Positions 58,143-64,000 of a stretch of DNA of 64,000 nucleotides are shown in pieces (within the stretch, counting starts at the first letter, position 1; each line of letters starts with the position of its first letter). This DNA is from Halobacteriovoraceae bacterium (GTDB lineage Bacteria > Bdellovibrionota > Bacteriovoracia > Bacteriovoracales > Bacteriovoracaceae): positions 1-64,000 of the forward strand of contig CAVRCF010000003.1 of the NCBI GenBank assembly GCA_963719505.1, written 5' to 3'. Both the position numbers and the translations under genes were made by a program. The notes under the pieces are model-generated. The model searched no databases. It was given only the letters and a program-made list of their open reading frames with translations, and had not been told where the DNA came from.

Positions 58143-60032
58143 TTACTTAAACTCTTTAACGAACTGTTCAAATTCTCTTTGGGATAAATCCTGCGAGCTT
58201 ATAGAGAAGCACTTCTTCGTCGCTTCAAATTTATCAAAATCTTGTGAGGTCTTAAAAGACGCTGGCTCAATTTCTTTATCGAAGACAAATTTATTATGCT
58301 GAAACCTTTGATTGTCGTGATTATATAAGCCTCTCACTTTATGGAAAGTGACCTCTCCTTTGGAGACCGTTCCCCTTGGTAGTGGCTTCTCGTAGCTATC
58401 GAGTCTTGCGCAAACCATAAGACCCGTCCTTCTTACCTTAAGTTTACTCAAACCTTTATCAAGCCATTTATAACTTTCGTCCACATGCAAGATATCGTTG
58501 AAGTTTTCCTCAGCGACAAATTTTTGCTTTGAGAGTTTGATCAATTTTTCGATGTACTGATCTTTGTCTTTAAAGGGAACCTTAAAGTTTAGGGGAGACA
58601 TAAGTTGGTTATGAAGCTTTTCATCGTACTTAATACTTGTCTTAATTTTAAACTTTAAAGCTTGCTGTAAGTGAATAAAGTCAGAGGATACGTCAATCTT
58701 TAAATAGGAATTATAAACCTCTGGATAGGAGTAAGAGGTATCCAGGTAAATATCGTAGTCAAGAAAGTAGAGAGCTTCTCCCTCGTGAATGACCTTTTCT
58801 TTGTAAGGTTTGAAAACAAACTTTAACGAACTTTGAGTAGCTTGAACCTCTCTAATATTCGGGGCAATATCACTGATATCAGCCTCACTTGCAATTAAGT
58901 CGTCATAGACTTTTTGAGTCTCTCTATGTTTATGTTCAATAGCGCTTATGTTTTCTTTGTTTGAGTCTTCAACTATTGAATCAAGAAAACTTTGAGGAGC
59001 TAGCTTTGCAGTATCAAACTCCACAGAGACAGCATCGACTGAAAGTAGTGAAGCCGTAAACTCGAATGCACCTTTATTCTTTCGAAGACGTCTTGATCTG
59101 TCGGGCTGATTGATTCCACACTCTATCGTTTCCCTGTCTTTAAAAGCTAATCGACTACTTGGATGATTTGAAAAATCATAGATCCACTGGGATCCATCAA
59201 TTCTGGTAACTCGACAAAGAAGGGCGTAGGGCTGGTGCTCTTTTGAAAGGGAACTGTTTCTTGCTCGCTCTTCACTTGTTCCTACAGGGCCTAGGACTCC
59301 AACTCGATGAAAGTCTATCGTTCCAGTTGGAGGAAAGATCATGATGCCTGAATCCTTTGCAAGTTTTATTTTATATTGATATCCGTGAACATTTGAACTG
59401 ATTTTTACTTTCTCTTTCTTCCCAATACTTTGATGCATCTCTTTGTGGTCAGCGTATAGACTTGGAGAGCTTAAATATTTTAGATGGTAAGAAAAAATTC
59501 TTTTGAAATCTTCTGAAATATTATCTGAGCTGAGAAGACTTTCAGAAACGGCAAACTCCTCAATTTGATCAACACTAAAAAGGAGGTTTTTTTGAAGCTT
59601 AAAAGTGACCTCTACTTTTGAAGAGTCACTAAAGTTATTATTTTTACACATGACTTTTTCAAAACTTAAAATGCCATGATCTATCACTTGGTATTCATGA
59701 TTTTCTAGTAATTTTCCTTTATTCACACCGGGGCTTTCATCGACACATTCAAAATCATTTCCAGATAAAATAAAAGAATAGTTTTGGAGACCGAAGATTT
59801 TATCTTTTGAGTGGGTGGAGAAACCATAATCCAGCGGAAGCCTGATCTCATGGATTCCATGTTCTGGCTTTGAAAGATGATAAGTCGTTTTGATATAGTA
59901 GTGGCCATCTTTTTCTACATAGGTGAAGTCGGGATCATCAATGCTAGAGATGGTTCTTCCTCTAAAAGGAGAGTTAAAGGATGCACACGAAGTAGCGGCA
60001 AAAATTACAAGTAAAAACAATGGTTTAAACAT
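58143..60032 (-). CDS. Lipoprotein, possible internal PA-IL/LecA-like beta-sandwich domain
   Basis: Lipobox AATSC and GGAGG RBS; the central segment has a lectin-like pattern. Confidence 0.75.
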   Translation of the reverse strand: MFKPLFLLVIFAATSCASFNSPFRGRTISSIDDPDFTYVEKDGHYYIKTTYHLSKPEHGIHEIRLPLDYGFSTHSKDKIFGLQNYSFILSGNDFECVDESPGVNKGKLLENHEYQVIDHGILSFEKVMCKNNNFSDSSKVEVTFKLQKNLLFSVDQIEEFAVSESLLSSDNISEDFKRIFSYHLKYLSSPSLYADHKEMHQSIGKKEKVKISSNVHGYQYKIKLAKDSGIMIFPPTGTIDFHRVGVLGPVGTSEERARNSSLSKEHQPYALLCRVTRIDGSQWIYDFSNHPSSRLAFKDRETIECGINQPDRSRRLRKNKGAFEFTASLLSVDAVSVEFDTAKLAPQSFLDSIVEDSNKENISAIEHKHRETQKVYDDLIASEADISDIAPNIREVQATQSSLKFVFKPYKEKVIHEGEALYFLDYDIYLDTSYSYPEVYNSYLKIDVSSDFIHLQQALKFKIKTSIKYDEKLHNQLMSPLNFKVPFKDKDQYIEKLIKLSKQKFVAEENFNDILHVDESYKWLDKGLSKLKVRRTGLMVCARLDSYEKPLPRGTVSKGEVTFHKVRGLYNHDNQRFQHNKFVFDKEIEPASFKTSQDFDKFEATKKCFSISSQDLSQREFEQFVKEFK

Positions 60033-60056
60033 TTATCCTCCAGATAGTACACCACC

Positions 60057-60083
60057 TTATCGGATGAATTCGCTCAGGCTTTA
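60057..60083 (-). promoter_or_regulatory. Sigma-28 (FliA)-type promoter
   Basis: Minus strand TAAA-N15-TCCGATAA upstream of 60032. Confidence 0.75.
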
Positions 60084-60153
60084 GGAGAGATGGCAATATT
60101 TTTCATATTATATGGATGGCCCAGCTTTGCTATACTGTTCTAGGAGGGTTTTG

Positions 60154-60606
60154 ATGCAATTTAAAACAGATATATCGAGCTTAAAAAATAAGAAATTTTT
60201 TAAAGTTAAAAATTCTAAAAACGAATTCTTATGTGCTCTATGTAAAGCACCCAGACAAATGCGCTACTCTAAAAATCTCTCCAAAATGTTTTACTTCCGC
60301 CTTTTTCTCTTCAGTGCTTTCTTAGCTTGGGCCGCTTACGCATTTCTTGGACCTAAAGCGATGTCTGCAATCATAGTCATTTGGCCTATTGCTGAGTTCG
60401 TGAACAAAATCCTCTATAGAAAAGAGATCCCTTGTCCATATTGTGGCTTTGATGCCACTTGGTATCGCCGAGATGTAAAAGTTGCAAAGAAAAAAGTAGA
60501 GTCCTTCTGGTCTGAAAGGCTTCCTGAGCGCCAAGAAAAAGCGCAAATTCAAAAACCCATGGTTGACCCTAAAAAACCACTTCGAAATGAAGAACTTGAG
60601 ATTTAA
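60154..60606 (+). CDS. Membrane protein with split zinc ribbon
   Basis: CALC, two TM helices, then CPYC; GGAGG RBS before ATG 60154. Confidence 0.75.
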   Translation: MQFKTDISSLKNKKFFKVKNSKNEFLCALCKAPRQMRYSKNLSKMFYFRLFLFSAFLAWAAYAFLGPKAMSAIIVIWPIAEFVNKILYRKEIPCPYCGFDATWYRRDVKVAKKKVESFWSERLPERQEKAQIQKPMVDPKKPLRNEELEI

Positions 60607-60782
60607 CTTCCCCCTGTAGTCTAGTGCATAGTGTCGCTCGTTCGCGATTACGATACCTTACAAACTCCAATTATAATCAGCTTCTTGAATAGTGGCTAGC
60701 AGTTGAAAAGTTTCTAAATGAGGCTTTTATATTGGAATAATTTGTTATAAGTATTAACGATAAACACATGTAAGGAGAGACA

Positions 60783-61247
60783 ATGAGCGTTAACAAAGTC
60801 ATCATTTTAGGTCGTCTAGGACAAGATCCAGAAATTAAGTACACACCATCTGGAGCAGCAGTATGTAATTTTTCATTAGCTACATCTGAGACTTGGAATG
60901 ACAAAAACTCAGGTCAAAAACAAGAAAGAACTGAATGGCACAGAGTTGTTGTTTGGGGAAAACTAGCTGAGCTTTGTAATCAATATCTTGCAAAAGGTAG
61001 ACAAGCATTTGTTGAAGGGAAACTTCAAACAAGATCTTGGGATGATAAAGACGGAAACAAACGATATACAACAGAAATCAATGCAACGACTGTTCAGTTT
61101 ATTGGTGGACAAGCAAGTGCTGGTTCAAGTGATAATTATTCAAACAATAACCAATCGAATAATAATCAATCCAACAACGATGCTCCTTCACAGGATTACA
61201 ATATCTCATCTGATGCAAACTTTGCCTCTGATGATATACCGTTCTAG
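60783..61247 (+). CDS. ssb: Single-stranded DNA-binding protein
   Basis: [20 protein letters not shown] and C-terminal DDIPF. Confidence 0.98.
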   Translation: MSVNKVIILGRLGQDPEIKYTPSGAAVCNFSLATSETWNDKNSGQKQERTEWHRVVVWGKLAELCNQYLAKGRQAFVEGKLQTRSWDDKDGNKRYTTEINATTVQFIGGQASAGSSDNYSNNNQSNNNQSNNDAPSQDYNISSDANFASDDIPF

Positions 61248-61278
61248 GAAAGAAATAAATCTTATAGAAATACCCGAT

Positions 61279-61304
61279 AAGCCCACTTATAAGTGGGCTT
61301 TTTT
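61279..61304 (+). terminator. Rho-independent terminator after ssb
   Basis: AAGCCCACT-TATA-AGTGGGCTTTTTT. Confidence 0.88.
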
Positions 61305-61369
61305 ATTGGATTTTACCCTATAATGCCACTGATATGCTAAAATGTGATTACTAATTTTAGGGAGAAACT

Positions 61370-62488
61370 GTGAGCAATAAAAGTTACTTTTCTGTGAGTT
61401 ATGATCTTATTCAAAAGGGTAAGAAGCTTCCCTATGATCTGTACGTCAACTCATCATCAGTTGAGGACAAGCAAAAATTTGTTAGAATTTTTCCCTCGGG
61501 AGATACCCTCGATCTTAGCGACCTCGAAAGATTTAAGAAAAAATATTTTCAGCTTTATCTCGACGAAGATCATAGAGAGATCTACATGAGAAGTCTTGTG
61601 GATTCAGAGGATAGAGATGACCTCCAGACGACAAACTTTATTAAAGATTCTGCTGTTCAATATCTTCATAAAATCTTCGACTCAGGAAAAGAATTTAATA
61701 CTGAACTTCTCTCAGAAACAATAGGTGAGTGCCGAGGTGCCGTTGAGTCCATGGTAGATGTTTTTGATAAACATAATATTAGTTCTATTACTAATCTTAT
61801 TGGAAATTTAAGCAGCCACGACTTCTACACCTTCGATCACTCAATAAATGTATCCATGTATTGTATATCAATCCTTAGGGCCTTAAAACCAAATGCCACA
61901 AGAGATGAGCTAATCCATGTGGGTCTTGGTGGCCTTTTACACGATTTAGGGAAAATAAAAATCCCCACTCAAATTCTGAATGCCCCTGGAGGGTTAAGTG
62001 ATGCTGAATACGGCGAAATAAAAAAGCACCCAAAACTTGGAATAGACCTTTTGACTTCAGGAGAAGTTGATGTCGCTGATGATCTTGATCTAAATATTAT
62101 TGGCAGAGTTGTGCACGAACACCACGAAAACTGGAATGGTAAAGGTTATCCTTCAGGGTTGATGGAAAACGATATTCACGTCTATGCTAGAATTTGTACT
62201 ATTGCTGATTTCTTTGATGCTCTCACGACAAAAAGGTCTTACAATGAGGTGATGAGTGTATCTAAGGCCATCGATGTTATGTCCAAGTTTAGCGGTGTAA
62301 AGTTAGACCCTAAACTTTTCAAAGCATTTACAGGCCATGTTGATCATCAAAAGTTAAAGAATAAGACACCTTTAAAGTTAGCTGATAGTTTTGACCCAAC
62401 GATTCCCTATGAGAAGATTCCGTTAGAAGAAGTAAAAGAAATCTTTGATGAGGAAAACTTTGGAAAAATTAGAGTAGCAAAAAATTAA
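61370..62488 (+). CDS. HD-GYP domain cyclic-dinucleotide phosphodiesterase
   Basis: YTFDHSINV, LLHDLGK, HHENWNGKGYP and IADFFDALTTKRSY motifs. Confidence 0.9.
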   Translation: MSNKSYFSVSYDLIQKGKKLPYDLYVNSSSVEDKQKFVRIFPSGDTLDLSDLERFKKKYFQLYLDEDHREIYMRSLVDSEDRDDLQTTNFIKDSAVQYLHKIFDSGKEFNTELLSETIGECRGAVESMVDVFDKHNISSITNLIGNLSSHDFYTFDHSINVSMYCISILRALKPNATRDELIHVGLGGLLHDLGKIKIPTQILNAPGGLSDAEYGEIKKHPKLGIDLLTSGEVDVADDLDLNIIGRVVHEHHENWNGKGYPSGLMENDIHVYARICTIADFFDALTTKRSYNEVMSVSKAIDVMSKFSGVKLDPKLFKAFTGHVDHQKLKNKTPLKLADSFDPTIPYEKIPLEEVKEIFDEENFGKIRVAKN

Positions 62489-62501
62489 AAAAAGAGAATG
62501 A

Positions 62502-63725
62502 ATGAAAATAGACTTTAGTGAATTTGAAAAAGCGCAAGAAAAACTAAGCAAAATACTCCCTCCAACTCCATTGATAAAGAATGATTGGTTGTCTGCAAAG
62601 TACGGAGCAAATGTTTTCTTAAAGCTAGAAAACATGCAGCCAGTGGGCTCCTTTAAGTTGAGAGGGGCCACCAATAAAATGGCCAACTTTACGGATGAAC
62701 AAAAAGCAAAAGGTGTTGTTGCCGTTAGTGCAGGAAATCATGCCCAAGGGGTAGCGTGGGCAGCGAAACGTTTAGGAATAAAAGCCACCATTATTATGCC
62801 GGTGCCTTCGCCTCTAGTAAAAATCTCAAATACAGAGAACCTTGGAGCTGAGGTTATTCTTCAAGGCGAAAATGTTGATGAAAGCTTTGAGTTTTGTAAA
62901 AAATATTTAGAAACAAATGATAAAATATTCGTCCACCCTTTCCACGATGCAGAAGTCATTGCAGGACAAGGCTCAATTGCTTTTGAGCTCGTTAAACAAC
63001 TCGATAAGATTGATTTTATCTTTGGCAGTATTGGCGGTGGCGGCCTTATGTCTGGAATTGGAATGGCGCTGAAACAGCTTATGCCTGATTGCAAACTCAT
63101 TGGAGCACAAGCTGCCGGAGCAAATAGTATGGTGCAGTCCTTACAAAAAGGAGAACTTGTCTCCACTGACACGGTTGCCACTTTTGCTGATGGAATTAAA
63201 GTTAAGAATCCTGTTCCAGAAATGTATGAGCTCTTAGATAGTATTATTGATGAAGCGGTAGATATTCCTGATGATTTAACAGCGGCTGCAGTTTTACGTT
63301 TAATGGAACAAGCTGGAATAATAGCAGAAGGAGCAGGGGCGATTAACCTTGCAGCTTTTCACGAGTTATATGAATCTAACCCTCGTCGCTTTAAAGGTAA
63401 GAATGTTGTTCTTATTATTTGTGGTGGGAATATTGATATTAACGTGATCGATAGAATTATTGACAGAGGCTTGGTTGAGACTAAAAGAAGAATGAATATT
63501 TCGATCCTTTTAAATGACAAACCAGGAGCCCTTCAAAACCTCACTGAAGTTATTAGTAAGACGGGCGCCAATATTTTAGAGATTCAACACGAAAGAACAT
63601 CGCCTGATATTGAGCTTCAGCAGTCAGTGGTGAGAGTTACCTTGGAGACTAAGGGATCACTTCACTCTAAAGAGATTTTAGATACAGTTGGTAGAGGGTT
63701 TAATATTTTTACTCAAGGTAAATAA
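62502..63725 (+). CDS. ilvA: Threonine ammonia-lyase with C-terminal ACT domain
   Basis: KLENMQPVGSFKLRGA, SAGNHAQG, IGGGGL, GGNID and DKPGAL (ACT) motifs. Confidence 0.9.
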   Translation: MKIDFSEFEKAQEKLSKILPPTPLIKNDWLSAKYGANVFLKLENMQPVGSFKLRGATNKMANFTDEQKAKGVVAVSAGNHAQGVAWAAKRLGIKATIIMPVPSPLVKISNTENLGAEVILQGENVDESFEFCKKYLETNDKIFVHPFHDAEVIAGQGSIAFELVKQLDKIDFIFGSIGGGGLMSGIGMALKQLMPDCKLIGAQAAGANSMVQSLQKGELVSTDTVATFADGIKVKNPVPEMYELLDSIIDEAVDIPDDLTAAAVLRLMEQAGIIAEGAGAINLAAFHELYESNPRRFKGKNVVLIICGGNIDINVIDRIIDRGLVETKRRMNISILLNDKPGALQNLTEVISKTGANILEIQHERTSPDIELQQSVVRVTLETKGSLHSKEILDTVGRGFNIFTQGK

Positions 63726-64000
63726 TGGCAAAAAAAGAGACAATCTTTTCAAAAGTACCACAAGTTAATCATAAAGAACCTGCTCATGAGATTGATTCAA
63801 ATGAATTTCAAAAGCTAATTGAAAGTAGAAGAAGCGTTCGAGTCTACACGGATGAACCGATCCCAGAAGAGATCATATCAAAATGCATCGACGCAGCTTT
63901 GCTTGCACCGAACTCTTCAAATCTTCAACCTTGGGAATTTTATAGAGTAAAAACTCCAGAGACCAAAAGGCTTGTGGCAAAGTACTGCCTCAATCAACCG
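63725..64000 (+). CDS. Nitroreductase family protein (partial, runs off window)
   Basis: ATG overlaps the ilvA stop (TAATG); SRRSVRVY and APNSSNLQPWEFY motifs. Confidence 0.85.
   Translation, partial: MAKKETIFSKVPQVNHKEPAHEIDSNEFQKLIESRRSVRVYTDEPIPEEIISKCIDAALLAPNSSNLQPWEFYRVKTPETKRLVAKYCLNQP

Noticed and set aside
57979-58302. 107-aa + strand ORF
   Set aside because: It runs through a strong terminator and overlaps the convergent lipoprotein gene by 160 nt; the RNA interpretation fits better.
60117-60131. TGGCCCAGCTTTGCT sigma-54-like element (and TGGAAAAATATTGC at 17999)
   Set aside because: GG-to-GC spacing is 9 nt, not the required 10.
60615-60662. Imperfect GC-rich hairpin with a TTCG loop between the zinc-ribbon gene and ssb
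   Set aside because: Short and imperfect, with no promoter or terminator support; likely an ordinary 3' UTR structure.
61256-61280. CCCGATAA sigma-28-like -10 after ssb
   Set aside because: The nearest TAAA is only 13 nt away and the site runs straight into the ssb terminator.
1-64000. CRISPR arrays, tRNA/rRNA genes, IS elements, prophage
   Set aside because: No regularly spaced repeats, cloverleaf or rRNA-like sequence, transposase, integrase or phage structural genes seen by eye.

Overview
AT-rich bacterial chromosomal window. The gene content points to a predatory Bdellovibrionota (Bacteriovoracia/Halobacteriovorax-like) genome; this is inferred from protein style and gene order, not from a search. 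Most of it is core genome: recO (partial), gmhB, msbA, glyQS, ltaE, ppdK, a peptidoglycan-salvage-like trio ending at metK, a FleQ/FlrA-like sigma-54 activator, a TPR protein and a degenerate activator heading a flgB-flgE flagellar operon, ppiD, mreC-mreD-mrdA-rodA, ssb, an HD-GYP protein, threonine ammonia-lyase and a partial nitroreductase. I saw no rRNA, tRNA, CRISPR array, transposase or integrase. The best candidate for an undescribed system is the four-gene locus at 35011-39166: a sigma-28-driven membrane protein, an atypical GNAT-like protein and a ThiF adenylase, divergent from a YghO/bacterial-ceramide-synthase-like GNAT, which suggests acyl-amide or lipid biosynthesis. Other leads are an orphan structured RNA at about 57965-58141, a catalytically dead sigma-54 activator, FleQ-type boxes, three sigma-28 promoters on non-flagellar genes, a ParB-like/dCMP deaminase pair, an apparent frameshift at the end of a Tad-domain gene and a high-GC3 patch in rodA.
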